Shown here piece by piece: positions 39,174 through 50,958 of a stretch of DNA of 64,000 bases. A model generated the notes under the pieces. It saw only the letters and a program-made list of their open reading frames with translations. It did no database searches and was not told where the DNA came from. The position numbers and the translations under genes are program-made. The DNA comes from Octopus bimaculoides (Eukaryota). Positions within the stretch are counted from its first letter, which is position 1. Every line of letters begins with the position of its first letter. The stretch is taken from assembly GCF_001194135.2 (NCBI RefSeq), contig NC_068989.1, positions 19,388,468 through 19,452,467 on the forward strand, in the 5' to 3' direction.

Positions 39174-39610
39174 GTGGAGGCGCAATGGCCCAGTGGTTAG
39201 GGCAGCGGACTCGCGGTCATAGGATCGCGGTTTCGATTCCCAGACCGGGCGTTGTGAGTGTTTATTGAGCGAAAACACCTAAAGCTCCACGAGGCACCGG
39301 CAGGGGATGATGGTGAACCCTGCTGTACTCTTTCACCACAACTTTCTCTCACTCTTTCTTCCTGTTTCTGTTGTGCCTGTAATTCAAAGGGTCAGCCTTG
39401 TCACACTTTGTCACGCTGAATATCCCCGAGAACTACGTTAAGGGTACACGTGTCAGTGGAGTGCTCAGCCACTTGCACGTTAATTTCAAGAGCAGGCTGT
39501 TNNNNNNNNNNNNNNNNNNNNNNNNNNNNNNNNNNNNNNNNNNNNNNNNNNNNNNNNNNNNNNNNNNNNNNNNNNNNNNNNNNNNNNNNNNNNNNNNNNN
39601 NNNNNCAAAA
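39174..39610 (+). mobile_element. tRNA-derived SINE (family B), spanning an N gap
   Basis: Colinear with 15145-15527. The flanks share gatcttgc (39166-39173 and just after the gap), consistent with a TSD. Confidence 0.85.
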
Positions 39611-42600
39611 AAGATCTTGCTCTGACCTAGTAGAATCTAGGTGTGCCATATATACATATATAATTTATGGTTTTAGAGAAATCTCTATTAATGCTGGAGA
39701 GTCTTGAAGAACGTGTTATAATTTTTATACACAAGTATGATTAATACAATAGTTTCCAAGCGAAGTGCATTCATGTTTTTTTTTTTTATTATTAATCTCC
39801 AGGCCCATGAAGTTGAACAAAAAAAAAACAAAACAAGAAAGTGAACACTCCTAGCATAACCTTTTTTCTCTTTGTTCTTTCTATTTCAAGTGTAAATTTA
39901 AAAAAAAAAATTACGCAGTCACAATTAAAGATCTACCTGATCGCATTCTTATAAAGAAAGTTTTAAGCGCTTCAATGGCTTCCACACTTCGGCCCGTTGT
40001 CGAACACGGCCTTTCACCGGACACTCAACACTAGGTATATATTTGCACGCTGCATGAACACTTACAGCTAGGAGATTGTAAATCTTGCTAAGATATATTC
40101 ATTGTACTTCACGAATGAATAATTAACTGTTCAACAACTTTTTGTCTGTGTATCGATCATACAATGGGCGTAGGTCTGAGCAGAGTATAACAGGCAGGGA
40201 TGCACTATTGTACTATCCTGATTACTTTAACTAAAAGAGCAGGAATCAGTTTTGTATTCTCCAACGAAATTTCATGACAAGGCATATATAGCGTTTGTCA
40301 GGGAAGTCACTAGCAGTCATTTTGTCAATTTGATGGCACAAAAGGCAAAAATATGTGAACCCCTTCATCAAATTTAAAGGTTGGTTACGATGAGGGGATA
40401 TTGTAGGTTTTAATCGAAAGACCGAGGATTGTTGCCGCGCATTCAAAATTATTCGTAGGGTATAAACCGAGTCATCACGAAGAAAATTATGCGGAATACA
40501 TATTGTGGCACCAAATAGTTAGGTGTATATTCCAGCCAGAAACATCGCAAATAGCGTTGGAGCAAGTAGTATACGGCCCTATTCAGGTAGCATTTAGAAA
40601 GGACGCCGAGCTAAAATTCCCCAAATAGTCCGATCATCTTGGAACTACCTTACAATCTCCTCATTTTTTTTCGAACAGTCATTATCTTCCAAGCTATCTT
40701 AAAAGTTATCGAAAGCTTTTTATAAAGTTGATAAGCACAACGAAATGCTGTTTTATAACGTTTTCTTGAAATTGTCGCAATATCATTGGTGCTCTTAGAC
40801 TTAGAAATCAGGAAGAATTCGCTTGAATAACTTTAGCAATTGCCCAGTGTCTCGCAACATTTTTAACTTGTTGGTCAAATTCGCAGCTGTTACCGGTATT
40901 ATCTTTTACTTACATCTCCCTTAACCTTTTGCACAGAGACGTTATCCACATGTAACCTAGACTCCACTCACACCAATCTGCTCTGCTTCCATGGAAAAAA
41001 CAAACAAAAGACATTGAAAACATTCTAATGGTATCCTGTCAGTCTTGTCTCTTTAAACAGCACAAAGACTAAACATACCAAAGTATAATCTTGTACTTCC
41101 TCCCTCAAAGTTACATTACAGTCACTGATAATCTTTCCCAGATATTTCGACTTCACAGAGTAAAAACTGTATCCCAGAGAATATTTTAACACAATAACCA
41201 ATGTACAATCTTGTACGTTTAATCAGTGATTTTCTCACCGCTATTTCCGCAAGTACAGTGACGTTTATGATTCGTTGATGATGACACGAGACCGAAACAT
41301 GTCTGAAGTTATTCCTCGTACTTGCCGAAATAATATTTGGTCACAGACTAATATTGCTTTTCTTTAGCCACGTAATTATTTCTACTTAGTTTTTTTTTTT
41401 TTTTGGCGCGCTCTGCATTAAATACACGTTAACACTAACTTAGATACCGTTATAGCTGTTAATGTATTAAATGATGCATTACGTTCAGAGTTCAATTTTC
41501 ATCGAGGTCGACTTTGCCTTAAGTATCAGTTGAGCTCTGGGGTTGTTGGCTTTGTATCAAAATTTGAAACCAAATTACGATAATAATCGTCTCTAACGCA
41601 GAGACCAGCAGTTTTGAGGGGAAGGGGTCAGTCGATACCATCAACCTTTTTATTTCACAGATACTTTATCGATCTCGGAGGGATAAAAGGTAAAATTGAC
41701 ATCCGCGAGGAACAATCATTGCAAGGCTTTAACTATTCTGTCAATTCAACGCCTTTTTCAAAGTTATTGCAATGATGGCAATCGATATGGGAAACTGTAT
41801 TTACCTATTGCATTACGGACTCAGTTATCCGACCCATATACACACACGCCTGTTCTGACGGAAACGTCGACTATTACATCAAAAAGATGCATTAGAAGAG
41901 TATAAGTCATTTCTGATACTTCACAGGTAATTTAATTTTATCGTCGCCTACAAGGATGATAATCAAAGCTGAAGTCGGCGGAATTTGGTCTCAGTACGTT
42001 ACTAGATACCGCACTAAGCATTTTATCGATCTGTTTGGTACAAAACCTAGGTTTTCCAGGAAAGTGTTAGATGATTTAACTGGTATTTATTTAACTGATA
42101 TCTTACACTTTGCCTGAATTATATTATTTTACTGGTATTTGTTTATGAAGGCTAGTATTAAAAATGTGATTAATACAGACAACAGATCGGTAACTATAAC
42201 TACAAAAATAGAAGTTTTTAACGAATTTTAATAGCATAGTCATGCGAAAGCAACACTAGAGAGATTATAGTCAAAGGGAAGTAACTCTAAAGGGATTTTT
42301 GTCTTTTTTTTTTTAATGCTGTTTGTCGGTTGACTCATGCGTGCGAAATTTTAACTGGCAGAGAAATCTTGACGTTCACAGAATGTGTTCTCGGTAGAAA
42401 AGAAGTGAACGAGAAATATTTATGAAATTATTGACATTTGATTTTTAATGAAAATCGAATCAGTTTTTGAGATATATATTGTTTTTGTAAGGAATAACGA
42501 GTGGAGAAGAATTGGATACACTAAATGGCGATCTCCACCCGATGCACTCACGCTTTCTTTAGAGAAAGTAGAAGATAGCTATAAATGAGAAATAATATCT

Positions 42601-43396
42601 CTCAGAACCGATGTTTGTAGGCAGTGTTGGTGAGTGAACATTTGCCTAATTGACAGACGGCCCTCTTTTGCAATAGCGAGTCTGAAGTTACTGGTTGCAC
42701 TACAGCACTTCCCACTACTCTGTGATATTAACAAATAGTTAAAAATAACAACCTGAGTCAATCTCTCTCTCTCTCTCTCACACACACACAACACAGCTGT
42801 GCAGTCGTGTGGTACTTTATTTAACTTAAGCGACATCAGTGACCAAGACAAACATGTAACAAGTGTTTAGTTTACTTTGCATGCAATATCAGTAATATTA
42901 CTAGAACTGAGTCAATATTTTGTAGTACTGAGCGGCCTCTAAAACTTCATTCAGGCTTAGAAAAAAATTTCCTCAAATCATTCACTGAATGTAAAATGTA
43001 TGTAATTAATGTCTCGTAATCATAAGAAACGTTGCAATATGTTACAGATGTGACATTTCTTGTAGAGGGGAAACACCTTTACAGCACTTTCTGCTGCTCT
43101 ATTGATATAATAATGATGATGATATTTTACAATACCAACTCAGTATTCCATAGCAATAATCTGCAAAATGCCACAGAAGACTTATTTCTAAGGTTTAGCT
43201 ATTCTGATTCTTAGGATCTATTTAGAATCCAAGTGAAATAGTTCCTAATAAGAATCAGAATTAGATCAAGAATTTGGTTCATTGAGAACTGATATAGCCA
43301 ACAAGTTGCAAAATAAAACTAAATTTGAGTTTCATGAATTGAGAAGAAAAGTTTGGAAGTTGAAATTGACTACCTTTTATATTTCTTTTTGAACAG

Positions 43397-43474
43397 GTGT
43401 TGAAGCTTTAAAAAGAGTGACTCGCAAGTATGCAAGAAAGCAGGTTCGCTGGTTAAACAACAGGCTTCTAAAAC
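43397..43474 (+). CDS. TRIT1: TRIT1 tRNA dimethylallyltransferase, internal coding exon (first one found)
   Basis: Acceptor tttttgaacag and donor gtaagt. Reads (G)VEALKRVTRKYARKQVRWLNNRLLK(R), matching human TRIT1 [27 protein letters not shown] as recalled. Phase 1 in, phase 1 out. Confidence 0.93.
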
Positions 43475-44304
43475 GTAAGTAGTTGGTATTGAATAGCAAC
43501 ATAGATACTATGTCACAGAGTTTGCTGATGAAGTGCTTATGAGATAAACAATAAACACACTCTGTAAAGTGGTTCGTGTTAGGAAGGACACCCAGCCGTA
43601 GAAATCATGCCAAATCAGACTGGAGTCTGGTGCAGCAATCCACCTTACCAGCTCTGGTCAAACCGTCCAACTCATGCCAGGATGGATAAAAGGCGTTAAA
43701 TGATGATAATGATGCTTCACTCTATCCTAGGATATTTCATATTCCATTATGTTATAAGGTTGTATAACTCCAGATCAGTCCTGATTGAGTAGACCTATAA
43801 TATGTATTTATAGGTGTGTAAGTTAGTTACTCAAACGACTAAGTGGGATACATACCTGAAGATATATCCTGTCTCTGCTTAATCCCCCCACCATTGTTTT
43901 CATCTAAAAGAAAGGGCTGTGCCCACAATGTACTTTGTAATCCCTCTGAGATCCAATATGGTTAAGTCCAGATGCCCAACATTCTGGATGGAAGAACTCA
44001 TGTGTATGGCTATCATTATTGCAGTTGTTTTGCTGTGTGTATTTATCACTGCTCTATGAGCCAGGCAGTGTTTCTAATATGGTGTTGTATCATCTATTAT
44101 AGTAATGAGCTGGTTTGTAAGTTTGTCTGAAATCATGCAATAAGGAAGTAGCAGTGTAAGTAAGAGTAAAAAAAATAGAAGAGACAAAATGGTAATAACA
44201 ATGAGAGAGGGAGTGGTATCAAACAGCGCCTCTTGCTCTCTCTCAGCAAAACCCTTTTCACTTTATTGATGAACTCTGCCTCTATCTACAGATGCACGCA
44301 CGCA

Positions 44305-44306
<2 letters not shown>

Positions 44307-44379
<73 letters not shown>
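44307..44379. repeat. (CT)~36 microsatellite in a TRIT1 intron
   Basis: Directly visible. Confidence 0.95.
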
Positions 44380-44382
<3 letters not shown>

Positions 44383-44880
44383 AACAACAACATAAGTAAA
44401 TAAGATTTTTGGACCTCAAAATTATGTTTTCTGTATCTCTATGGATGATTGACTGTTCTGGAAGATTTTCTGTTTCAAAAATGTGCAAAGCTAATAGAAT
44501 ATAAAATAAATAAGTAGTAATTCTTAAGTCTTAGAATTAGAATATTGTCTATTGAAAGAAAGCTTGATAATATTGTCTGTTTAAAGAAAAGCTAAATATA
44601 AAATATTTACAAATACTTCCCGATACAGTGATGTTTGTAAACATTTATGACTGAAGAATTTTGCTAAGGTGGTGAAATTTGTCTTCAAGATCTTTATCTG
44701 TTTCAGGCGGTAAAGAGAGTGAGAGAGAGTGACAGACAGACAGAGATAGAGAACATGTAGATGTTGCTGGGAAAAATATGTCTCTGTGTGTATGCCATTA
44801 ATGTAATCCTGTGTAATTTTGGACTTTGTATGGTTACGTATTGAAATATAAACAAACTGTATTGAAATATAAACAAACTA

Positions 44881-44911
<31 letters not shown>

Positions 44912-44966
44912 CTCATTTGTTTTGAAGTTTGTGTTCCATTGTATTAAATATACTCATCCACTTGCT

Positions 44967-45366
44967 ATGGAGATTGAATCAGACAGAAGGAGACAGTTAG
45001 CCAGAGAGAGACAAAGGCGAAGAACAGCCAGTCTAACTCAAGAAGAACTGAACACAAGAAGATTAAACAATACATTAAGGTTATTAAATCAATCACAAGA
45101 AGTGAAACAAGAGAGACGAACACAAGAAGACAGGCTCAAAGACGTCAAAATGAAAAGGAGCACCTAATTGCACAAAGGAGAGATATCCAAAGAGAGAGAG
45201 AGCAACACAAAAGCGCCAAGATGAAAAAGAAGAGCAAGCAGCAGTGAGGAGAGAATATCCAAGAACGAGAGCATCGCAAAGGCAACAAGATGAAATGGAA
45301 AAGGAAGCAGCACAAAGGAGAGAAATCAAAACAGAGAGAACATCGAGGAGAAAAATGGAAGAATAA
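44967..45366 (+). mobile_element. Helitron-like N-terminal charged-repeat ORF remnant in a TRIT1 intron
   Basis: MEIESDRRRQLARERQRRRTASLTQEE..., then frameshifted QRRDIQRERATQKRQDEKEEQAAVRRE...QRQQDEMEKEAAQRRE. The ~23-aa R/E/Q repeats resemble those preceding animal Helitron Rep/helicase ORFs. No Rep motif is present. Confidence 0.45.
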
Positions 45367-46191
45367 TGGTTAATACTGAAATGGACCATCCAAAACAAGG
45401 CGAACTCATTGCTGATAGGGTTTTCACTAGAAACGTGGTGTTGAAACAATTATTGAGATAAAAGTTGTAATGTTTTTATTTTAATTTTATTTTCTGCATC
45501 ATTTTCATGCCCTCAGAAATGACATGCTCGACCTGGTTGGTAAAATGAGCACCATTCAAGTATCGGGGTTGATTTAATCAAATAATTCCCTTCCTACAAA
45601 TTACCAGCATAGTATCTAAGCTGGAAACAATAATAATTATTATTAAGGTGGTGTGCTAGCAGAATCATTAGTATAACAAACAAAACACTTAGCAGCATTT
45701 TATCCATCTTACATTTGGAGTTCAACTTTGCCTTTCATCCTTTAGGAGGGTCGATGAAATAAACACCAGTCAAGCACTGGGGTCAATGTAATCAACTTCC
45801 CCTTCCCCCTAAATTGCTGGCCTTGTGCCAAAATCTGAAACCCCATTATTACCATCATTATTATTATTATTATGGAGACGAGCTGGCAGAATCATTACCA
45901 TGCCAGACAAAATGCTTAGCAGCTTTTCATCCACCTAATGTTCTGAGTTCAAATTATCTTTCCAGGGGTGATGAAATACATATGTTAGGCACTGAGGTTG
46001 ATGTAATCAACTAGCCCCTCCCTCACAATTGCAGGCCTTGTACATATAGTAGGAAGGATTATTATTGGTGCTATTTAAGCATGTGGTCTGCCACAGTATC
46101 CTGTCTACGCTGCGAAAGTACTTTTAGCAAGTGGTCTACCTTTTCTTACCCTCTTAACCTGAGTTAATTTTAACCATTACAATGCTGTTAA

Positions 46192-46413
46192 CCCTTTCGA
46201 TACCAACCCGGCTGAAACAACCTCTGGCTCTGTAGTACAAATATCTTGTTTCCGTAAGTTTTGAATTAAAATCTTCCACCAAACCTTAGTCACAATTTAT
46301 GTTCCTAACACTAGCTGAATGATAACTAAGTTATTTTACTAAATTCTTTGTTATGTTTAAAATTAATTGAAAGAAACACAGAGCATCTCAACAGAAATAT
46401 GGTAACAAAAGGC
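46192..46413 (+). mobile_element. piggyBac-type MITE, second family
   Basis: TTAA-ccctttcgatacc...gtaacaaaaggc-TTAA. A decayed relative lies at about 49770-49990. Confidence 0.6.
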
Positions 46414-46710
46414 TTAAAGGATTTCTATAGGCATATAGATTTGTTTGTGGCATTGCTAAATGATGTAGGAAGTGTGTCTCATTAATTAAGATTTAAGTAT
46501 AAGTTATTAATAAATCATTATTCAACATTATTCAAATTGTTTTTATCATCCTGTAGTATAAAGTTCTTATAGTGGAGGCAGATCACATGCTAAAGTGCAA
46601 AAGGGTAAGAAAAGATAGACCACATGCTAAAAGTAATTTCACAGCATAGGATACTGCAGTAGACTGCATACTAAAGTAGCACCTTATTACTATTATTATT
46701 ATTATTATTA

Positions 46711-46992
46711 AGGTAGCAAGCTGGCAGAACCATTAGCAGTGGCATTTCGTCTGTCTGCACTTTCTGGGTTCAAATTTTACTGAGGTCATCTTTGCCTTTC
46801 ATCCTTTCAGGGGTCAATAAATTAAGTACCAGTTGAACACTGGGGTGGATGTATATTGACTAGTACTCTCCCCCTATGTCCTCAGACTCTACATAGTCCA
46901 AGGTATATTTGTAGAGGATTTCTTTAAATCCTCTACAAATATTCCTGGCCTTGTGTCAAATTTGAAACCATTATTATTATTATTATTATTAT
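46711..46992 (+). mobile_element. SINE-like family C with (ATT)n tail, representative copy
   Basis: gcaagctggcagaa..ttagc..gttcaaat..tttgcctttcatcc..gcactggggt..ggccttgtg..ttgaaacc(att)n. Other copies at about 34543-34660, 45648-45870, 45877-46060, 50094-50280, 50297-50505 and 62460-62600(-). Confidence 0.75.
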
Positions 46993-47009
46993 AAACACTA
47001 TTTACATAG

Positions 47010-47119
47010 GTTCACCTGATAATACTCCACCAGTCTATGCACTTGATGCAACAGATGTTACCCACTGGCAAAACAAAGTTCACAACCCAGCTGTGGAAGT
47101 TCTACAAGCTATGATGAAG
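47010..47119 (+). CDS. TRIT1: TRIT1 internal coding exon
   Basis: tttacatag|...|gtaagt, 110 bp, in frame with the previous exon. Reads (R)SPDNTPPVYALDATDVTHWQNKVHNPAVEVLQAMMK, compared with human [36 protein letters not shown]. Confidence 0.93.
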
Positions 47120-47216
47120 GTAAGTACAAGATGCTTAAATTTGGAGATTTATCCATGGTAAACTGAAAACTACGTTTTGGTGTTCGTGAATGAATTATCA
47201 ATTAATTATGCTTTCT

Positions 47217-47586
47217 TTATTACCTTAGCAAAGGCGGAGGTATTGTTTTCAGTCGTGTTTGTTTGTCCGTGGACAAGATATCTTCAAGAACTGCTGGATG
47301 GATTTGGATGAAACTTTCAGGGGTGTTTGGCCTCGTGATTGGCACAAACTGATTAGATTTTGGGATCGATCCGGCACCGGATAAGGATTTTGGATTATAT
47401 TTTTCCTGTTTTTTTTTTTACTTAATTTTTGGGAGCAGTCGGGTTCATTTTTAGTGTTCTCGTTTGTGAGAGCAATCGAGTTTATTTCAGATATTCTCAT
47501 TTTAAAAATCATCTCTGGCTAATTGTTGAGAGGACGTTGGTGTTGCCTTGACAGACGTTTGTGCTCTCCGAATGCCCTAATCTAAT
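47217..47586 (+). mobile_element. HINE copy in a TRIT1 intron
   Basis: Same internal sequence as 14438-14795 (ggacaagatatc..gatgaaactttcaggg..ggataaggatt..aaaatcatctctggct). Confidence 0.7.
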
Positions 47587-47689
47587 TTATTTTGTCTAAT
47601 GATGCCGAGAATTGTACAAGGGGAATAACTATATACTTAACAGTAACTATTATGTAACCAACTGTAAAATATAAAATTGTTCAGTAATA

Positions 47690-48040
47690 TCTTTTTTTGT
47701 CGTTTGTTTCGATCATTAGAGTGCGGCCATGCTGGAAGGCCTTTTAGTCGAACGAACCGACCCCAATACTTATTCTTTCGTTCTCGCCTGCCGAGCCACT
47801 CTAACTTACAAGGACGTAAACAAACCACCACCAGTTATCAAGCAGTGGTGGGAGACGAACACCAAGCCTCATGCACATAAATATATACAAATACATACAT
47901 ATACATAGAGTGGGGTCTTTCCATTTTTGTCCATCAAATCCAGTCCCATGGCTTCCGTCTGCCCGGCGATACAATAGAAGACACTTGCCCAAGGTGCGAT
48001 GTAGTTGAAAACAAACTTCCTACTACATAGCCACGCCTGC
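47690..48040 (-). mobile_element. SINE family A copy, antisense in a TRIT1 intron
   Basis: Reverse complement of the family A tail and head (gtttcgatcattagagtgcggccatgctgg...acacttgcccaaggtgc...ctactacatagccacgcctgcgcct). Confidence 0.8.
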
Positions 48041-48393
48041 GCCTATTATTAAATTTTTGTCTTATTTCCAAACGGTCTGGGATATTCCACAAGCGACTAT
48101 CCTGAGATCATTTGTATGAAATATAGTTGTAGTTTAGAGTTGTGTCCCTTGCATCATTTTGATGATCCGGCTGATCTGCAATCGCCGATTGTATTCAGCT
48201 GTATTATTGTTGCTATTGTTACATATAGCTGTACACACTTCTGTATCTAAAATTTGGGTTATATTGAAAATTATGACCGAGCTTCTTTATTACAGTGGTT
48301 GTTCTATTTTACAGCACAAAGATGATATTTTTCGTTTTAATTTAGAAAACACTGGAAAAGATTAAAATAAACAGAAATTTTTTTTTTTCTGAA

Positions 48394-48752
48394 GCAGGAG
48401 TGGCTGTGTGGTAAGTAGCTAGCTTAGCAACCACATGGTTCTGGGTTCAGTCCCACTGCGTGGCACCTTGGGCAAGTGTCTTCTACTATAGCATCGGACC
48501 GACCAAAGCCTTGTGAGTAGATTTGGTACACGGAAACTGAAAGAAGCCCGTCGTATATATGTATGTGTGTTTGTCTCCCCACCATCGATTGACAACCGAT
48601 GCTGGCGTGTTTACGTCACCGTAACTTAGCGGTTCGGCAAAAAGAGACCGATAGAATAAGTACTAGGCTTGCAAAAAATAAGTCCTGGGGTCGATTTGCT
48701 CGACTAAAGGCGGTGCTCCAGCATGGCCGCAGTCAAAGAGTAAAAGAGAGTA
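48394..48752 (+). mobile_element. SINE family A copy, sense in the same TRIT1 intron
   Basis: Complete head and tail, close to the 13887 copy. Confidence 0.88.
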
Positions 48753-48907
48753 ACCCGGTAGACCTATGCAAATATCTTAAATTTTCAACATTTTGTAAAA
48801 CTATATTAAACAGAAATCTGAACGTTTATGCATGTCAATAGATTCATTATCCAGCAATGTTTAACAAAATTGTTCTAAGACTCCTCAATGAATTTTCTCC
48901 TCTGCAG

Positions 48908-49025
48908 GATGAAATACCAGCAATTCCAACTGCACCCCATCTAGAAGAGCCTAAGAATAAACATGTGTTAAATGTTTGTGATATATGTGATGGAATTATA
49001 TTAGTTACAGAAAAGGATTTTAAGA
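48908..49025 (+). CDS. TRIT1: TRIT1 coding exon with the CxxC half of the zinc finger
   Basis: ttctcctctgcag|...|gtaagt, 118 bp, phase 0 in and phase 1 out. Reads DEIPAIPTAPHLEEPKNKHVLNVCDICDGIILVTEKDFK; the human equivalent is HLCDLCDRIIIGDREW. Confidence 0.9.
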
Positions 49026-49651
49026 GTAAGTCTATTTTCTCTTTTTTATTCTTCCCCTGGAACACCATCAACAATGATACTAAATAATCAAATTGTTGAA
49101 GTAAGGAGAATGTAGGGATACAAACCAAAATAAATGATGGTTTTCCATTAATTAATAAATTTACTTGTACTGTTTTGTTGTAACACTACAGTGGCAACAA
49201 GGATGATTAAAAATGCCTGTCCGATGCTAAATAAACCTCTTATTAAAAAGAAATAACACACAGAAGAATGATTTCTTTTAAAAAGGCCCATCTGTTTTAC
49301 CTATAGTCATCAACCATCAACAACATCAATCTTGGAGATTCATTGATAATCATATTTATTGCTGCTCCTGAAAACAGAAGTAGCACTTTCACTGGAGAAA
49401 CACCTGAATCTCTGAGCCCTGCACCCTGTTAAGTGATTCATTACTCCAGAAATCCTTCAGAGGAACCCCATTTCAGCCATCTTTAACATTAAATTAGGGA
49501 ATTTGTGTTTTCCACAAGTTACTTTCTGTACTAATTCAATCTCGTTTGAGCAATAAATATACCATGTTAACCTGTTTAGTCTTAGTGAACTTTGGTGAAA
49601 TTGGTTTTTTTGTTTTTGTTTCTTAATAGGAAGCTGATTTAGCTTGAAATA

Positions 49652-49689
<38 letters not shown>

Positions 49690-50885
49690 GACAGATTAAT
49701 TTGAATTGAACCCATCATAGATGTTCAGTAACCTATTTTTCTCTCTATCTGTGCCCCTACTCATTTAACCCTTTTGATACCAACTACTACAACTGCCCAC
49801 TTCCTGTTCTAAAAACCTGCCATCAGAACTCCCTGTTAACTTATGATCCAAACACCAGTTTCATAAATCACAGTTATTTTACGAAATTCTTCATTATTTT
49901 CAAAAGCAATTAAAACAAAAAGCAGCATATTCAAAATGATGAATATGGTCTGATTGTTTCCTATTTTACTAACATGTGAAAACAATTCAGAAGTAAAATG
50001 TAAAACAGAAATAATGAGATGGCAAAATGTACTTAGTTTGTGCATATATATTTCTACAAGAACACATATTTCATAATATTACATTTGTGTTTAAGGCAGC
50101 AAGCTGACAGAATCATTAGCGTGTCAGACAAAAGCTTAGCAGCATTTCATCTGTCTTTACATTCTGCCTTTTATCTTTTCAGGGCCGATAAAACAAGTAC
50201 CAGCTGAATACTGGGGTTGATGTAATCGACTTACTCCTGGTCCCAAATTTGCTGGCCTAGTGCCAAAATTTAAAAATCAATATTATATTTGTATTTCAGG
50301 CAGCAAGCTGGCAGAATCGTTAGCATGCCAGACAAAAGCTTAGCAGTGTTTCATTTTTTTTTTAATGTTCTGGGTTCAAATTCCACCAAGGTCATCTTTG
50401 CCTTTCATCGTCAATAAGATAAAAGCCATTTGAGCACTGGAGTCGATGTAATTGACTATCCACATCACCCAAAATTTCAGGCCTTGCACCCATAGTAGAA
50501 AGGAATATTATATATATGTGTTCCTATAACTACTATAATAGGAAATTAGCATGCTCGCTTGCTGTGCTGCCCTGGAAAACATTTATAGAATTGATTTTCT
50601 TGTAGCAGATCTGAAAATGGCAAATGAGGAGAGATCTAGAAAAATTTGCATCTCTAATCTAAATGTCACTCTCAGAGTATCCATAGAGTGAAATGTCATT
50701 TTTCAATAAGTAAATTAATGTCCCAGTGCTGCAACGTGTATTGTTTCTATATTTCATACATTTGACACAGTCCAATACATAGAAATAAAGAATTAATAAA
50801 TGATGTATGATATATTACAAGTAATGCAATGCAGAATGTACAAGTAAAGAAATAATGCATTATATATCTGCTTGGTCACTCATTG

Positions 50886-50958
50886 AGCAGAGTGATGCAG
50901 TGAAAGCATGCTGAGCCCATAAACCCAGAGGTCCACTGATTGAAACTACACTCTGCAA
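50886..50958 (+). pseudogene. Decayed initiator tRNA-Met (anticodon CAT) in the last TRIT1 intron
   Basis: agcagagtgatgcagtgaaagcatgctgagcccataaacccagaggtccactgattgaaactacactctgcaa aligns end to end with the conserved animal tRNAi-Met (AGCAGAGTGGCGCAGCGGAAGCGTGCTGGGCCCATAACCCAGAGGTCGATGGATCGAAACCATCCTCTGCTA). It has about 14 substitutions, many C>T/G>A at CpG, and a 1-nt insertion. CAT at 50918-50920. Confidence 0.85.

Noticed and set aside
42680-42720. VTGCTT as a degenerate TRIT1 P-loop
   Set aside because: There is no GKS and the frame is closed by stops on both sides.
43320-43345. FEFHEL as the missing TRIT1 GFKEFHEYL exon
   Set aside because: It lacks the QSIG context, has no donor and runs into a stop within the polypyrimidine tract.
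48785-48875. Imperfect inverted repeat upstream of TRIT1 exon 48908
   Set aside because: Short, almost all A/T and widely spaced, so expected by chance.
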